A stretch of DNA of 64,000 bases, from NCBI GenBank assembly GCA_041746955.1, contig JBGTFZ010000112.1, positions 6,092-70,091 on the forward strand. Reading direction: 5' to 3'. A program made the position numbers and the translations under genes. The DNA is from Bryobacteraceae bacterium. Lineage in GTDB: Bacteria > Acidobacteriota > Terriglobia > Bryobacterales > Bryobacteraceae. Below are positions 26,019-38,378 of this stretch, one piece after another (the first letter of the stretch is position 1; each line of letters starts with the position of its first letter). The notes beneath the pieces are model-generated. The model had not been told where the DNA came from and did not search any database. It saw only the letters and a list, made by a program, of their open reading frames with translations.

Positions 26019-27143
26019 TTATTTTTTTGGAACGGCCGTGATTTCCTCCGCGGCCCACATCATCGCCCGCGGCACATGAAAGAATCCCTTGTAGGAATTG
26101 CCCTTTGCGTCGTGAGTGATGCGGCCCTCGCGCGACGCGTAGCCGAACCACTCTCCGAATTCGTCGTCGACGAACGTCCGCCACGCATACTCGTCAATAC
26201 GGTCCAGCCAGCCCGCCCACTTGGCATCGCCCGTGCGGCGCCATGCGTGGGCAAGCGCCAGAATCGCCTCCGTGTGCGGCCACCACAGCTTCATATCCCA
26301 CTCAAGTTCCAACATGGGCTTCGACTGCGTATCGAGAAAATAGAAAAGTCCGTCGTAGCGGCTGTCCCAACCCAGCTCCAGCGATCGCTGAATATTCATC
26401 AGCACGCGGTTGAACTTCGCGGTGTCGGGGAACTGGTCCAGGATGCGCAGCAGAAACCACGAAACTTCCAGCGCATGGCCGGGACACCACAGCCGGCCTG
26501 TTGGCGAATCGTCAAAGTGCGTCCGGTCCACCCGGATATTCTCGACAAACACGCCCAGCTCCGGATGCTGGTGCGCCAACGCCTCGTCCAGCATCTGGTT
26601 CAACAGTTCCGCATGGCGCGGATCGTCGTGGGATGGCATGATCTCCAGCAGCATGGAGATCGTCACCATTACGTCGGCCAGTTGCGACAGCCCGTGACGC
26701 GGGCGGCCCAGCAAGGTGGGGTCGGCAATCCACTCCCGGATCTTCCAGAACAGTGCGGCCGCATCATCCAGCGGTTCCTGCCGCGCCGCCGACCGTGCGT
26801 ATTCGGCCAACCCGATTGCCGCGAACACCGCGCCATATGGCTTGCGCTGAAAGGAAGCCGGGCTCCCGTTGCGATTCAACGAGAAGTAGAACCGCCCCTC
26901 CGGATCGCGTCCATGGCGCATCAGGAAATTCAGGACAGGCTCGGCAGCGGCAGTGTCGCCCAGCTTTGAGAACATCCAAACCGCGCGGCCCGCCATCCAG
27001 ACGTACTTTCGCTCGTCGTAGACGGCGCCGCCGCGATCGAGACAGCTCCAGAAGCCGCCGTAGCGCTGGTCGATCGCATGCGTCTTCCAGAAACGCTGCG
27101 AGCGCTTCAGTTGTTGAAGGTACTTTGCCGCCCGCTCAATCAA
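26019..27143 (-). CDS. N-acylglucosamine 2-epimerase (AGE) family protein
   Basis: 374 aa with an alpha/alpha-barrel-like repeat pattern. [11 protein letters not shown]...[13 protein letters not shown] and [10 protein letters not shown] are typical of AGE-family epimerases. Confidence 0.7.
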   Translation of the reverse strand: MIERAAKYLQQLKRSQRFWKTHAIDQRYGGFWSCLDRGGAVYDERKYVWMAGRAVWMFSKLGDTAAAEPVLNFLMRHGRDPEGRFYFSLNRNGSPASFQRKPYGAVFAAIGLAEYARSAARQEPLDDAAALFWKIREWIADPTLLGRPRHGLSQLADVMVTISMLLEIMPSHDDPRHAELLNQMLDEALAHQHPELGVFVENIRVDRTHFDDSPTGRLWCPGHALEVSWFLLRILDQFPDTAKFNRVLMNIQRSLELGWDSRYDGLFYFLDTQSKPMLELEWDMKLWWPHTEAILALAHAWRRTGDAKWAGWLDRIDEYAWRTFVDDEFGEWFGYASREGRITHDAKGNSYKGFFHVPRAMMWAAEEITAVPKK

Positions 27144-28552
27144 GCCAGCATCTTGTCGACCACGTTGCCGTGAACGTCCGTCAGCCGGAAGTCGCGGCCC
27201 TGGAACCGGTAGGTCAGGCGTTTATGATCGACGCCCAGACAGCGCAGCAGCGTCGCCTGAATATCGTGAATGTGGATGGGGTCCTGGACGATGTTGTAGC
27301 CGAAGTCGTCCGTTTCACCGATCACCGCGCCGCGCTTCAATCCACCTCCTGCGAACCACATCGTGAAGCATCGCGGGTGATGATCGCGCCCGTAGTTGGC
27401 GTCGGTCAACCGGCCCTGGCAGTACACCGTTCGGCCGAATTCGCCACCCCACACCACCAGCGTGTCGTCCAGCATTCCACGCTGCTTTAGGTCGGTGACC
27501 AGCGCCGCCGAGGGCTGATCGACAGCTTGCGCCTGAAGGCGAAGATCGCGCGGGAGTTCCGCATGCTGATCCCAACCGCGCTTGTAAAGCTGTATGAAGC
27601 GGACCCCACGCTCCGCAAGGCGACGCGCAAGCAGGCACTGCGACGCGTACGAACCGGGTTTGCGCGCGTCCGGCCCGTAGAGGTCAAACACGGATTCGGG
27701 TTCCGTGGACAGGTCCATCAGCTCCGGTACCGAGGTCTGCATCCGGTAGGCCATTTCGTACTGCGAGATTCGAGTCTCGATTTCCGGATCGCCAAAGATC
27801 TCGCTCCGCATGCCGTTCAGCGTCTTCAGCGAATCCAGCATGCGGCGGCGGGTCTCGCGATCGATGCCCGGAGGGTCGGAAAGGTAAAGCACCGGATCGC
27901 CGGAGGAGCGGAACTTCACTCCCTGATAGTTCGACGGCAGAAATCCGGAAGACCACAGCCGGGAGAACAGCGGCTGGTCGGTATTCAGTCCGCTGGCTTG
28001 GGAAAGCAGGACGACGAACGCCGGAAGATTTTCGTTCTCGCTTCCCAGTCCGTAGCTAACCCAGGACCCCAACGACGGCCGCCCGGGCTGCTGGCTGCCG
28101 GTTTGTATGAACGTGATTGCCGGATCGTGGTTGATCGCGTCGGTATGCACCGTCCGCACCAGCGTGATGTCGTCGGCGATCCCCGCGATATGCGGAACCA
28201 GATCACTAAACCAGGAACCGGCTTCGCCGTGCTGGGAGAACTTGAAAATCGTCGGCGCGACGGGAAGGGTCGACTGGCCAGACGTCATGCCGGTAATGCG
28301 CTGGCCCATGCGGATGGAATCCGGCAGATCGATTCCGCGCTTGGCGTCCAGCTTCGGCTTCCAATCGAAAAGGTCGTGCTGGGACGGGCCGCCGGACTGA
28401 TGTAGGAAGATGATCCGCTTCGCCTTCGGAGCGAAGTGCGGGATTCCAGGAAGCGACGCGCCCAGCGATTGCAGTGCGGCAAGTCCCAGACCCCCGGCTG
28501 TCCGGGAGAACAAGGCCCGGCGGGTCATCATGTTTTGAAGATCGTTCCGCAT
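27140..28552 (-). CDS. DUF1501 domain protein (sulfatase-like fold, Tat signal)
   Basis: The twin-arginine N-terminus is [19 protein letters not shown]. It also has ..GGRDHH-like RDHHPRCF and FRLTDVHG at the C-terminus. It follows its DUF1553 partner directly. Confidence 0.8.
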   Translation of the reverse strand: MRNDLQNMMTRRALFSRTAGGLGLAALQSLGASLPGIPHFAPKAKRIIFLHQSGGPSQHDLFDWKPKLDAKRGIDLPDSIRMGQRITGMTSGQSTLPVAPTIFKFSQHGEAGSWFSDLVPHIAGIADDITLVRTVHTDAINHDPAITFIQTGSQQPGRPSLGSWVSYGLGSENENLPAFVVLLSQASGLNTDQPLFSRLWSSGFLPSNYQGVKFRSSGDPVLYLSDPPGIDRETRRRMLDSLKTLNGMRSEIFGDPEIETRISQYEMAYRMQTSVPELMDLSTEPESVFDLYGPDARKPGSYASQCLLARRLAERGVRFIQLYKRGWDQHAELPRDLRLQAQAVDQPSAALVTDLKQRGMLDDTLVVWGGEFGRTVYCQGRLTDANYGRDHHPRCFTMWFAGGGLKRGAVIGETDDFGYNIVQDPIHIHDIQATLLRCLGVDHKRLTYRFQGRDFRLTDVHGNVVDKMLA

Positions 28553-28554
28553 CG

Positions 28555-31500
28555 CTATTCCTTCGTGACCGCCTCGTCGAGATTCAGAATGACGCTGGCG
28601 ATTGTCGTCCACGCGGCCAGTTGTGCTCGGTTCAGTTCCTTCGGCGTCTCGATTTCGCCGTTCGACAGCAGCCTGTCCACGCCCTCGGGAAAATTGCGAT
28701 AGACGGCCAGTTGATCGCGATACTGGCGGGCAAGCAGGTCGCGTTCGGCACGTTGCGGCGCGCGGCTAAGCGCGGTGCGGAACCCGAACGCCAACGGATC
28801 CTTACCGCCTTCGATCATCATTCTGGCGGCCAGCGCCCGCGAAGCTTCAACGTACGTTGTGTCGTTCAGCAGCACCAGCGCTTGCAGCGGAGTGTTGGTC
28901 AACGACCGCCGCCCGGTGCACTTCTCTCGATCCGGCGCGTCGAACGTTGCAAGGCCCGGCGGCGGCGCGGTCCGCTTCCAGAACGTGTAGAGGGACCGCC
29001 GGTAAAGGGCGTCGCCATGATCCTGCTCGAAAATTTGAGAGGAGAACGTATCGCCGTACGCGATGTCTTCCCACACGCCCTTCGGCTGATAAGGATTCAC
29101 GGACGGCCCGCCGACCTTGGCGTTTAGCAGCCCACTCGACGCTAGCGCACTGTCGCGGATGGCCTCGGCGGGAAGACGGAAGCGGGGACCACGGGCCAGC
29201 AACCGGTTCTCCGGATCTTTCTCCAGCAACGCGGGAGTCGAGCGGGACGATTGCCGGTAAGCCGCCGACATCACGATCGTCTTCTGCATCGCCTTGATGT
29301 CCCAGCCGCTGGTCCGGAACTCGGTCGCCAGCCAATCCAGCAGTTCAGGGTGAACGGGAAACTCACCCTGGCTGCCGAAGTCTTCGCCAGTCTTCACGAT
29401 GCCGTGTCCAAAATACATTTGCCAGAAACGATTCACCGCGACGCGCGCGGTTAGCGGATGATCCGGCGACAGCAGCCACTGCGCAAGGCCCAGCCGGTTT
29501 TGCGGCGCCCCGGCGGGCAGCGGCGGAAGGAAGCTGGGAACGCCTGGCGTTACCGTTTCTGTGCCGTTGCGGTAATCGCCGCGGCCGAGAATCTTCGTCT
29601 CGCGCGGGATCGCCATTTCCGACATCACCATCGAGGTGGGAATCTGATACTGAAGTTCGTCGCGCTCGTCGTAGAGACTGTTCAACCGACGGTTGAGGGT
29701 GCGCAAGTCTTGGGGCGCGCCGTTCTCGAAGAAGAAATCAAGCAACGCCAAGCGCTGATCGGTTGACCGTTGCTTTGCCGGAATCCGCAGCGTCGATTGG
29801 GCCGGTTGAGTCACCGCCAGAAATTCAATCTCCGCAGGGTCGAGACCGCGCGAATAAAGGCGCAGGTCGTCCAGCGAAGCGCGAATCCAGCGCTCGGGCG
29901 CCGCTTCATCAATATCGGTCAGCTCGACGCGCGCGTTGTTAATGTAGATCGCCGGCTGCGGCTGAGACAGGTTCACCGCGGTGTGCACCCACGGTCCCGT
30001 CACGGTCTCCGTCTTCGTGCGGTAGGTGCGGCCCCCCGTAGAAATGTAGAAGCGAGATCCGCGCCGGTTGCGGCCAATCGCGCGGCCGCCGTCGATCCAG
30101 AACGTGAAGGATGCGCCTTGCAGCAGCGTGCTGGGCCGGTTGTCGAGACGCGCGCTGACTTTCGTCCAAAGCGCAAACGCGGCGGCGTCTCCAACGCCGG
30201 GAAGGTCAACCAAAGATCTCTCGTCCAGCGCGATACCCTGTCCGTCGGCACCAGCAACAAACCCCGGCTCACCCTTCGTGATGCGCCCATGCTGGTAGTG
30301 GCCGCTGATGTCTTCTAGCGATCCGTCGAACGAATAGTGCGCAATCAGGCCCGATGCATCGGAACGCGGACGCGGCTTGTCGGCCTGCTCCTCTTCCCAC
30401 GCCTTGCGCAGGCCGGTAATTCCGGAGCGGTCCATCTCGGCTTCGGCCTTCGCAATGTCCGACGAAAGGCGGTCTACCTGCGCCTGCTGCGATTCATCCG
30501 GCAGCATTAGGAACGGCCGCGCATTTCCTTTCTGCCCGTCCAAACCCTTCTCGCTCACGGTATTGAAGAAGGCGAACATCCGGTAAAAATCTTTCTGCCG
30601 GATCGGATCGTATTTGTGATCGTGGCAACGGGCGCAGCCGGTGGTCAGCCCCAGAAACGCGGTGGATGTCGTCTCGACGCGATCGACGACATACTCGACC
30701 AGATACTCCTCGGGAATTGCGCCGCCCTCGTAGTTAATCATGTGGTTCCGGTTGAAGCCGGTTGCGATCAACTGCTCCCGCGTCGGATTCGGCAGCAGGT
30801 CGCCCGCAAGCTGCCAGGTCAGAAATTTGTCGTAAGGAAGATTTCGATTGAAGGCGTCGATCACCCAATCGCGCCAGGGCCACATCTCGCGGCTTGAATC
30901 GATGTGATAGCCATGCGTGTCCGCGTAGCGCGCCATGTCCAGCCACGGCACCGCCATGCGTTCGCCATAAGCTGGGGACGCTAGCAGCCGGTCAACGACG
31001 CGCTCATAGGCGGCCGGTGACTTGTCGCGCAGGAACGCGCCTAGCTCATTCGACGACGGAGGCAGTCCGGTTAGATCCAGAGTGACGCGGCGCAGAAGCG
31101 TCGCGCGGTCTGCCTGCGGCGATGGCTTCAACCCTTCTTTCTCCAGCCGCGACAGGATGAAGTGGTCGATGCCGTTGTCCGGCCAGGAATCGTTCTTGAC
31201 CGCCGGAGGGTCGATGGCCTTCGGAGGGTCGAAGCTCCAATGGGTCTTAAATGGTGCGCCTTGCGCCACCCACGCCTGAAGAGTCTTCACCTGCGGCGGC
31301 GTCAGTTCCGCCGTGCTGGGCGGCGGCATTCGCAGCGCCTTCTTCTCGTGCGTGATTCGCGCCACCAGTTTGCCGGAGTCGATTGCCGCGCGCGCACCGT
31401 CTTCCGTGTCCAGTCGAAGGTTCGCCATGCGATGCGCCTCATCCGGGCCGTGGCACGCGAAACAGCGGTCGGACAACAGCGGACGCACGTCGCGGATGAA

Positions 31501-31569
31501 GTCGATTTTGGCTGCGGTTTGCGCAGTGGCCGATAAGGCCAGCAGAGAACCGGCAAGCAGGTACTTCAT
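28555..31569 (-). CDS. PSCyt1/DUF1549/DUF1553 (PSD1) family protein with internal LamG-like insert
   Basis: 1004 aa. It has a signal peptide and a cytochrome-like [21 protein letters not shown]. It also has the DUF1549 block [11 protein letters not shown] and a DUF1553 C-terminus. Confidence 0.8.
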   Translation of the reverse strand: MKYLLAGSLLALSATAQTAAKIDFIRDVRPLLSDRCFACHGPDEAHRMANLRLDTEDGARAAIDSGKLVARITHEKKALRMPPPSTAELTPPQVKTLQAWVAQGAPFKTHWSFDPPKAIDPPAVKNDSWPDNGIDHFILSRLEKEGLKPSPQADRATLLRRVTLDLTGLPPSSNELGAFLRDKSPAAYERVVDRLLASPAYGERMAVPWLDMARYADTHGYHIDSSREMWPWRDWVIDAFNRNLPYDKFLTWQLAGDLLPNPTREQLIATGFNRNHMINYEGGAIPEEYLVEYVVDRVETTSTAFLGLTTGCARCHDHKYDPIRQKDFYRMFAFFNTVSEKGLDGQKGNARPFLMLPDESQQAQVDRLSSDIAKAEAEMDRSGITGLRKAWEEEQADKPRPRSDASGLIAHYSFDGSLEDISGHYQHGRITKGEPGFVAGADGQGIALDERSLVDLPGVGDAAAFALWTKVSARLDNRPSTLLQGASFTFWIDGGRAIGRNRRGSRFYISTGGRTYRTKTETVTGPWVHTAVNLSQPQPAIYINNARVELTDIDEAAPERWIRASLDDLRLYSRGLDPAEIEFLAVTQPAQSTLRIPAKQRSTDQRLALLDFFFENGAPQDLRTLNRRLNSLYDERDELQYQIPTSMVMSEMAIPRETKILGRGDYRNGTETVTPGVPSFLPPLPAGAPQNRLGLAQWLLSPDHPLTARVAVNRFWQMYFGHGIVKTGEDFGSQGEFPVHPELLDWLATEFRTSGWDIKAMQKTIVMSAAYRQSSRSTPALLEKDPENRLLARGPRFRLPAEAIRDSALASSGLLNAKVGGPSVNPYQPKGVWEDIAYGDTFSSQIFEQDHGDALYRRSLYTFWKRTAPPPGLATFDAPDREKCTGRRSLTNTPLQALVLLNDTTYVEASRALAARMMIEGGKDPLAFGFRTALSRAPQRAERDLLARQYRDQLAVYRNFPEGVDRLLSNGEIETPKELNRAQLAAWTTIASVILNLDEAVTKE

Positions 31570-31663
31570 TTCCTTAATTATGGCACTCGGCGCGTTTTCA
31601 GCCTCGCCGCCACGCAGGGGCGCGGGCTGCTGCGTTTGCTGCTATTTTGGGGAGTTCGTACTT

Positions 31664-33103
31664 ATGGCAAGCCCTACTCCAATCACCGTTGCCCATGGCG
31701 ACGGAATCGGCCCCGAGATCATGGCCGCAACCCTGCACATCCTGAAGGAAGCGGGAGCCAATATCGACATTGAAGAAATCGAGATTGGCGAAAAAGTTTA
31801 TCTGCGCGGGATCAGCGCGGGAATCGAGAATTCGTCAATCGATTCGCTCACCCGGACGCGCGTTTTCCTGAAAGCTCCGATCACCACGCCACAGGGCGGC
31901 GGCTTCAAGAGCCTGAACGTCACGACGCGCAAGATGCTGGGACTGTACGCCAACATTCGGCCGTGCGTCAGCTACCACCCGTTCGTCAGCACGAAGCATC
32001 CGGTGATGGATGTCGTGATCGTTCGCGAGAACGAAGAAGACACGTATGGCGGGATTGAGCACAAGCAGAGCGACGAAGTCCACCAGTGTCTGAAGCTGAT
32101 CACGCGTTCCGGGTGTGAGCGGATCGTCCGCTACGCATTCGAATATGCGCGTGCGAACAATCGCAAGAAGGTCACGTGCTTCACGAAAGACAACATCATG
32201 AAGCTGACCGACGGTCTGTTTCATAAGGTGTTCGACGAGATCGCGCCGGAGTATCCAGACCTCGTGAATGAGCATTGGATCGTCGACATCGGAGCGGCCA
32301 AGCTCGCCGACACGCCAGAGGCGTTCGACGTGGTGGTGATGCCGAACCTTTACGGCGACATTCTCTCCGACGTTGCCGCGCAGATCGCAGGTTCGGTTGG
32401 CCTCGCCGGTTCGTCCAATGTCGGGATGAAGTACGCGATGTTTGAAGCGATCCATGGCTCCGCGCCGCGGCGTGCGGGGCAGAATCTGGCAAACCCGTCG
32501 GGCCTGCTGCTGGGGTCCGTGATGATGATGAATCATATTGGACAGTCCGATGTCGCGTCGCGTGTGCACAATGCATGGCTGCGGACGATTGAGGATGGCG
32601 TCCACACCTACGACATCTTTAAAGACGGAGTCTCGAAGGAGAAGGTGGGCACGAAAGAATTCGCGCAGGCCGTGGCCGCCCGTTTGGGCCAGAGCCCCGA
32701 AAAACTGAAGCCCGTCGCGTACAAAGCTTTTAAGCCTCTTGCATTGAAGCCGGCGTCCACCCGCGTGGCGTCGAAGAAGGAACGTGTGGGTGCAGACGTA
32801 TTCGTCGGATGGACGAAAGCGCCGGACGAACTGGCGGAAGTTCTGAAGCGCACCGAAGCCGCCGGCCTGACGCTGAACATGCTGTCGAACCGCGGGACCA
32901 AAGTATGGCCGGAGGGTTTCCCGGACACCATTTGCACGGACGTTTTCCGCTGCCGCTTTATGAAGGATGGCGGCGGACTTAGCGGCGCGATCCTCGCCGC
33001 GCATCTCGCGCGTGTCGAAGCCGAGGGCCTGGATGTCGTGAAGTTCGAAAGCCTATACACCTTCGACGGAGAACCCGGGTTCTCTCTCGGCCAAGGTCAA
33101 TAG
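31664..33103 (+). CDS. icd: Isocitrate dehydrogenase (isocitrate/isopropylmalate dehydrogenase family, ~480-aa form)
   Basis: The start is ATG 31664, after GGGGAG. Contains [28 protein letters not shown] and [12 protein letters not shown]. The upstream extension in the track ORF overlaps the neighbouring gene. Confidence 0.75.
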   Translation: MASPTPITVAHGDGIGPEIMAATLHILKEAGANIDIEEIEIGEKVYLRGISAGIENSSIDSLTRTRVFLKAPITTPQGGGFKSLNVTTRKMLGLYANIRPCVSYHPFVSTKHPVMDVVIVRENEEDTYGGIEHKQSDEVHQCLKLITRSGCERIVRYAFEYARANNRKKVTCFTKDNIMKLTDGLFHKVFDEIAPEYPDLVNEHWIVDIGAAKLADTPEAFDVVVMPNLYGDILSDVAAQIAGSVGLAGSSNVGMKYAMFEAIHGSAPRRAGQNLANPSGLLLGSVMMMNHIGQSDVASRVHNAWLRTIEDGVHTYDIFKDGVSKEKVGTKEFAQAVAARLGQSPEKLKPVAYKAFKPLALKPASTRVASKKERVGADVFVGWTKAPDELAEVLKRTEAAGLTLNMLSNRGTKVWPEGFPDTICTDVFRCRFMKDGGGLSGAILAAHLARVEAEGLDVVKFESLYTFDGEPGFSLGQGQ

Positions 33104-33110
33104 ATCTCCC

Positions 33111-33590
33111 ATGCTCAAGGTCGCGGTGGTAATGGGGTCCCAGTCGGACTGGGAAACCATGCGGAACGCCGCCGACGTTCTGGAGTCTTTTGGCGTCGAT
33201 CATGAGTGCCGCGTGGTCAGCGCGCATCGAACACCGGTCCTGATGGCGCAGTTCGCAGGCGAAGCGGAATCGCGCGGCATCGAAGTGATCATCGCGGGCG
33301 CGGGTGGGGCGGCGCATCTTCCAGGCATGATCGCTGCGCACACGACAGTGCCGGTGCTGGGCGTTCCCGTGGAGTCACACGCGCTAAAGGGAATGGACTC
33401 CCTGCTTTCGATCGTTCAGATGCCGGCTGGTGTGCCGGTGGCTGCGCTGGCCATTGGGCCCGCGGGCGCCAGGAACGCCGGTCTTCTTGCCGTGGCGATT
33501 CTCGCGAATCACGATCCAGCGCTGCGCGAAAAGTTGAAGCAGTTCCGCTCCCGGCAGACCGAGGAAGTGCTGAATCAGAAGTTGCCGTGA
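33111..33590 (+). CDS. purE: 5-(carboxyamino)imidazole ribonucleotide mutase
   Basis: 159 aa. Contains [28 protein letters not shown] and VPVLGVP. Confidence 0.95.
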   Translation: MLKVAVVMGSQSDWETMRNAADVLESFGVDHECRVVSAHRTPVLMAQFAGEAESRGIEVIIAGAGGAAHLPGMIAAHTTVPVLGVPVESHALKGMDSLLSIVQMPAGVPVAALAIGPAGARNAGLLAVAILANHDPALREKLKQFRSRQTEEVLNQKLP

Positions 33591-34636
33591 AGCCCATTCT
33601 TCCCGGCGCGACCATTGGCATACTCGGCAACGGGCAGCTCGGGCGTATGACCGCGCTTGCCGCGCGCGCGATGGGCTATCACGTCGCTGTCGATCCCTGG
33701 GTTCCGGCCTCGCCGACGGGCCAGGTGGCGGACCGGGAGTTGAAAGACGCTTCCGTCGTCACGTACGAGTTTGAAAACGTCGAGCCGGTGGCGCTGGACG
33801 TTCCGGTGCGGCCGCCGTTCGATGTGCTGCGCATCACGCAGGACCGTATTCGAGAGAAAACGTGGCTTCGCGATTACGACATCCCGGTAACGCCGTTTAT
33901 TCCTGTTCTGACGCCGGGCGATCTAGAGGCCGGGCACTACCCAGGCGTCTTGAAAACTGCGGGTTTCGGATACGACGGAAAGGGCCAGAAGAAAGTAGCG
34001 AACGCGGCGGAAGCGTTGGCTGCCTGGAGCGGCCAGCCATCGATTCTTGAGCAATGGATCCCGTTCCGCCGTGAAGTCTCCGTGGTGGCCGCACGAGGAC
34101 AAGACGGCGAATTCGCACACTATGGCGTGATCGAGAATTCTCATTGCAACCATATCCTCGACGTCTCGAAAGCGCCCGTCGATGGAGCGGGCGAGGCGAT
34201 CGGCATCACGCAGAAGATTTTTGAAGGGCTGGGAATTGTGGGCTTGGCCTGCGTCGAATTTTTCGAGACGGAAGCGGGCGGCGTGATGGTGAATGAGATT
34301 GCGCCGCGTCCCCACAATTCAGGGCATCTGACGATCGACGCCTGCGTCACCAGCCAGTTTGAGCAGCAGGTTCGCGCGGTGTGCGGCCTGCCCTTAGGCT
34401 CAACCGCGTATTGCAGTCCCTGCGCGATGGCCAATCTGCTGGGTGACCTGTGGTCCGGTGGCGAGCCGGACTGGGCGGCGGCGCTGGCCGATCCGCGAGT
34501 GAAGCTTCATCTCTACGGAAAAGCCGATCCGCGCCCGGGGCGTAAAATGGGTCATCTGACGGCCTTGGCCGAAACGGTGGAAGAAGCGGAAGCCGCCGTA
34601 CGCCAAGCGCGCCAGCGTCTTCTTCATCGCACGTGA
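33587..34636 (+). CDS. purK: 5-(carboxyamino)imidazole ribonucleotide synthase
   Basis: GTG 33587 overlaps the purE stop. [21 protein letters not shown] begins an ATP-grasp body, which ends in ..KMGHLT. Confidence 0.85.
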   Translation: MKPILPGATIGILGNGQLGRMTALAARAMGYHVAVDPWVPASPTGQVADRELKDASVVTYEFENVEPVALDVPVRPPFDVLRITQDRIREKTWLRDYDIPVTPFIPVLTPGDLEAGHYPGVLKTAGFGYDGKGQKKVANAAEALAAWSGQPSILEQWIPFRREVSVVAARGQDGEFAHYGVIENSHCNHILDVSKAPVDGAGEAIGITQKIFEGLGIVGLACVEFFETEAGGVMVNEIAPRPHNSGHLTIDACVTSQFEQQVRAVCGLPLGSTAYCSPCAMANLLGDLWSGGEPDWAAALADPRVKLHLYGKADPRPGRKMGHLTALAETVEEAEAAVRQARQRLLHRT

Positions 34637-34673
34637 GCCGCTTCGAAAGCTACTCTGAAATAGGTCGAATCGT

Positions 34674-35813
34674 ATGAAAATTTGCTATCTTGATGCGTAC
34701 TCTGGGATCTCCGGCGACATGACCGTTGGCGCGTTAATCGATGCAGGCGCGGACGCGGCTGAACTGATCGATCGGTTGCGCACGCTGGGAACGAATGCGG
34801 AGTTTCGTGTCGAGAAGACGAAGCGCAAGGGCATCGTTGGAACGAAGTTTCACGTCATGCCGCCGGAGGGCGACAAGAGGCACCGCCATCTGCATCACAT
34901 CGTCGAGATGATCGACAAAGCTCCGCTGCCCGCGCCGGCGCAGGAGATGGCCAAGCGCATTTTCAACGCGCTGGGCGAAGCGGAAGCGCACGTGCACGGC
35001 ATCGAAATTCGCAAGGTCCATTTTCATGAAGTAGGCGCGGTGGATTCCATCTGCGACATCGTCGGCGCCGCCATGGGATTTCATTTGTTGGGCATCGACG
35101 CCGTTCATTGTTCTCCCGTGAACGTTGGCGGAGGGACGGTGAAGGCGGATCACGGCGTGATGCCGGTTCCCACGCCCGCCACCAGCCTGCTGTTGGAAGG
35201 GAAGCCGATCTACTCACGTGGACCACAGGTGGAATTGACGACGCCAACCGGCGCCGCTATCGCCGCTGCGATGTCGAAGAGCTTCGGACCGATCCCCGCC
35301 ATGAACGTCAAAGGGAATGGATTCGGCGCGGGCGATAAAGACTTCGAAGAACAGGCGAACCTGTTGCGGGTGTTGATTGGCGAATCGTCGTCCGCACCGG
35401 AGTCAACCACCGTTGCCGTGCTGGAGGCCAATATCGACGACGCTTCGCCGCAAGTGCTGGGATACGCGCTGGAGCGGCTGATGGACTCGGGTGCGCTGGA
35501 TGCTTCGCTGCAGCCGGTCTATATGAAGAAGAACCGTCCCGCTACGCTAGTGCGCGTGATTGCGCGGCCGGAGGATCAGGACAAGCTTTCGCAGATCCTT
35601 TTCGCGGAAACCACCACTCTGGGCGTGCGCATCTACAATGCCGAACGCCGGGTGCTGGAACGCCATTTTGAAGAGGTGGACACACCTTACGGACGCGTCC
35701 GCGTGAAGGTTACCGGGCATGGGCGTGTCCCGGAGTATGAAGACTGCCGCAAGCTGGCGGTAGAAAAAGGCGTGCCCTTGAAAGACGTGCTGGCAGCCGC
35801 CTCGAACGCATGA
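34674..35813 (+). CDS. larC: LarC family nickel insertion protein (DUF111)
   Basis: 379 aa. MKICYLDAYSGISGDMTVGALIDAG and HFHEVGAVDSI are typical of LarC. Confidence 0.85.
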   Translation: MKICYLDAYSGISGDMTVGALIDAGADAAELIDRLRTLGTNAEFRVEKTKRKGIVGTKFHVMPPEGDKRHRHLHHIVEMIDKAPLPAPAQEMAKRIFNALGEAEAHVHGIEIRKVHFHEVGAVDSICDIVGAAMGFHLLGIDAVHCSPVNVGGGTVKADHGVMPVPTPATSLLLEGKPIYSRGPQVELTTPTGAAIAAAMSKSFGPIPAMNVKGNGFGAGDKDFEEQANLLRVLIGESSSAPESTTVAVLEANIDDASPQVLGYALERLMDSGALDASLQPVYMKKNRPATLVRVIARPEDQDKLSQILFAETTTLGVRIYNAERRVLERHFEEVDTPYGRVRVKVTGHGRVPEYEDCRKLAVEKGVPLKDVLAAASNA

Positions 35814-37633
35814 GCGAAAAGCCGTATTACCTGACGACGCCGATTTACTATGTCAACGCGGCTCCGCATATTGGACATACTTACACAACGATCGCCGCCG
35901 ATGTAATCCGCCGCTGGAAGCGTCTGAACGGGACCGAAGCTTTTCTGACGACCGGCACCGATGAGCATGGCCAGAAGATCGCGCGCGCGGCTGCGGCCCA
36001 GGGAAAGCCGCCCCAGGAATTTACCGACCTGATCGCGGCGGAGTTCAAGGCCACGTGGGACTCGTTTGGCCTGAAGTACGATTTCTTCCAGCGGACCACA
36101 GATCCCGTCCATGCGAAGTACGTCGGTGAACTTTACTTTGCCTGCAAGAAGAACGACTATATTTACTCCGGAACCTACTCCGGATGCTACTGCTTTTCCG
36201 ACGAGCTGTATGTCACCGACGCGAAACCCGGAGACCCATGCCCGGATTGCGGGCGCCCGCTTGAGTTCATCACGGAAGAGAACCAATACTTCAAGCTTTC
36301 GGCCTTCACGGGGAAGTTGATCGAGTTTCACGAGGCAAACCCTGAATGGTGCCAACCGGAGATCCGCCGGAACGAAGTGCTCGCATTCCTGAAGCAGGAA
36401 GGCGGCTTGAAGGATCTTTCCATCTCCCGCTCGACGGTGAAGTGGGGAATTCCGGTGCCCGATTCACCGGGTCAAGTCTTCTATGTCTGGTTTGACGCGC
36501 TGATGGCGTACTACACCGCCGCGCAGGAGAATGGCCTATGGCCCGCCGACCTGCACCTGATCGGGAAGGAGATTCTTCGCTTCCACGCGATCTATTGGCC
36601 CGCATTCCTGATGGCGGCGGAGTGGCCGCAGCCGAAGAAGGTATTCGCGCACGGGTGGCTGTTGTTTGACAACGACAAGATGTCGAAGTCGAAGGGCAAC
36701 ATCGTTCGCGCGACGCCAATACAGAAGGTGCTGGGAGCGGACGCGCTGCGCTATTTCCTGCTGCGCGAAGTGCCGTTCGGTGGCGACGGAAGCTTCTCGT
36801 TTGAAGCGTTAGTGACCCGGTACAACGCCGACTTGGCGAACGGGCTGGGCAATCTTGCGGCCCGCACTTTGAAGTTGACGCGGCAACACGGAGTCTCGGC
36901 TGGTGAGTTCAATCATCCCGCCGCCACCGCTGTGCGCGAAGCTTACGATTCCTTCCAGTTCCATCGCGCGTTGATGGCCATTTGGGAGATCATCACGCAT
37001 CTGGACGGCTACCTTGTCGAGAAGGCTCCGTGGCAGCAAGCGCCTGCGGACGCGTCGGTCACGCTGGCATACGCGCTGGGCGGCCTTACTCTAATCTGCG
37101 ATCTTGCTGAGCCCGTGCTCCCCGAATCTGTCGCGAAGATCCGCGCGCAGATGCATGGCGCGGACCTGACCCCAGTATTTCCCCGCGCCGACGCCAAGGA
37201 CTCGATCCCCAAAATGCACGAACTCGAACAGGAAGAACTCGCGCGGCAGAAAGCCTTGCTAGCGCCGAAGGAGCCCGAAACGGCGAACGCCACGGACACG
37301 GCGCACATCTCCATTGACGACTTCTCGAAAGTGGAACTGCGTGTCGGACTTGTCCTCTCGGCTGAGCCCGTGCCGAAGGCGGACAAACTGCTTCACCTGA
37401 AGATCGACTTAGGCGAAGCTTCCGGGCCGCGAACGATTCTGGCCGGCATCGCCGAACACTACAAGCCAGAGCAGTTGTTGAACCGCAAGGTAGTGGTAGT
37501 GGCGAATCTCGCACCGAGGAAGATGCGCGGGATCGAATCGCAGGGCATGGTGGTGGCGGCGTCGCTTGACGGAGGTGCGCCCGTACTCGCTGGATTCCTT
37601 GAAGATGTTCCCGTCGGCGCGCGCCTGAAGTGA
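35810..37633 (+). CDS. metG: Methionine--tRNA ligase
   Basis: 607 aa. HIGH-type motif PHIGHTYT, KMSKS, and a C-terminal tRNA-binding (EMAP/Trbp111-like) domain. Confidence 0.95.
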   Translation: MSEKPYYLTTPIYYVNAAPHIGHTYTTIAADVIRRWKRLNGTEAFLTTGTDEHGQKIARAAAAQGKPPQEFTDLIAAEFKATWDSFGLKYDFFQRTTDPVHAKYVGELYFACKKNDYIYSGTYSGCYCFSDELYVTDAKPGDPCPDCGRPLEFITEENQYFKLSAFTGKLIEFHEANPEWCQPEIRRNEVLAFLKQEGGLKDLSISRSTVKWGIPVPDSPGQVFYVWFDALMAYYTAAQENGLWPADLHLIGKEILRFHAIYWPAFLMAAEWPQPKKVFAHGWLLFDNDKMSKSKGNIVRATPIQKVLGADALRYFLLREVPFGGDGSFSFEALVTRYNADLANGLGNLAARTLKLTRQHGVSAGEFNHPAATAVREAYDSFQFHRALMAIWEIITHLDGYLVEKAPWQQAPADASVTLAYALGGLTLICDLAEPVLPESVAKIRAQMHGADLTPVFPRADAKDSIPKMHELEQEELARQKALLAPKEPETANATDTAHISIDDFSKVELRVGLVLSAEPVPKADKLLHLKIDLGEASGPRTILAGIAEHYKPEQLLNRKVVVVANLAPRKMRGIESQGMVVAASLDGGAPVLAGFLEDVPVGARLK

Positions 37634-38367
37634 TCGACTCGCACTGCCATCTGGACGACGCGGCGTTTGACGCCGACCGCGATGCCGTGATCGCGAGGGC
37701 GATCGACGCGGGCGTTGAAACGATGCTGACGATCGATGCGCCGGTCTCGTTTCTTGAAACACACTCCGCGCTGCTGGGCACCGCCGGAGTGCATCCGCAC
37801 GAGGCATCGAAGGCCACGCCGGAAACGATTCCCGATCTTCTGGAGGCCGCGCGGCATCCGAAAGTCGTAGGGATCGGCGAGATCGGCCTGGACTATCACT
37901 ACGAGTTTTCGCCGCGCGACGTGCAGCGGCGTGTTTTCCTTGATCATCTTGAGGCCGCCGCGAATTTGAAGATGCCCATCATCATCCACACACGCGAAGC
38001 TTGGGACGACACGCTGGCTATTCTTCGTGAGAATTGGCGGGGGCAGGGAATCATGCACTGCTTCTCCGGCGGTCCCGCGGAAGCGGAGATGTGCCTCGAC
38101 CTTGGATTTCATCTTGCCTTTGGCGGCGTCGTCACCTTCGCGAAAGCCACCAATGTTCACGAAGCGGCGCGTGTTACTCCGCTTGACCGGCTACTGCTTG
38201 AAACGGACGCCCCGTACCTGGCGCCCGCACCGCACCGGGGCAAACGAAATGAGCCGGCCTTTGTCGCCCGGACGGCGGCGCGAATCGGAGAACTCCGGAG
38301 CGTGGCTGTGGACGAGCTTATACGGGCGACGACGCAGAATTTCCGGCGGCTGTTTTCGCTAGACTGA
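37630..38367 (+). CDS. tatD: TatD family hydrolase
   Basis: 245 aa. Contains MIDSHCHLDD, GEIGLDYHY, IIIHTREA and ETDAPYL. Confidence 0.9.
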   Translation: MIDSHCHLDDAAFDADRDAVIARAIDAGVETMLTIDAPVSFLETHSALLGTAGVHPHEASKATPETIPDLLEAARHPKVVGIGEIGLDYHYEFSPRDVQRRVFLDHLEAAANLKMPIIIHTREAWDDTLAILRENWRGQGIMHCFSGGPAEAEMCLDLGFHLAFGGVVTFAKATNVHEAARVTPLDRLLLETDAPYLAPAPHRGKRNEPAFVARTAARIGELRSVAVDELIRATTQNFRRLFSLD

Positions 38368-38378
38368 GGTTTACCCGC

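Noticed and set aside
25977-28405. Plus-strand ORFs of 330 aa, 245 aa and 292 aa antisense to the AGE epimerase and DUF1501 genes
   Set aside because: These are shadow ORFs. The opposite-strand genes carry clear family motifs and coupled starts and stops.
31313-31663. Upstream extension of the icd ORF to 596 aa
   Set aside because: The extension overlaps the 5' end of the divergent PSCyt gene and translates to Arg/Ser/Cys-rich sequence. ATG 31664 is preceded by GGGGAG and starts the conserved [19 protein letters not shown].
33206-33586. Upstream extension of the purK ORF (476 aa) overlapping purE
   Set aside because: The extension is an alternative frame of purE with Arg/Gly-rich sequence. 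GTG 33587 overlaps the purE stop and gives a normal-length PurK.
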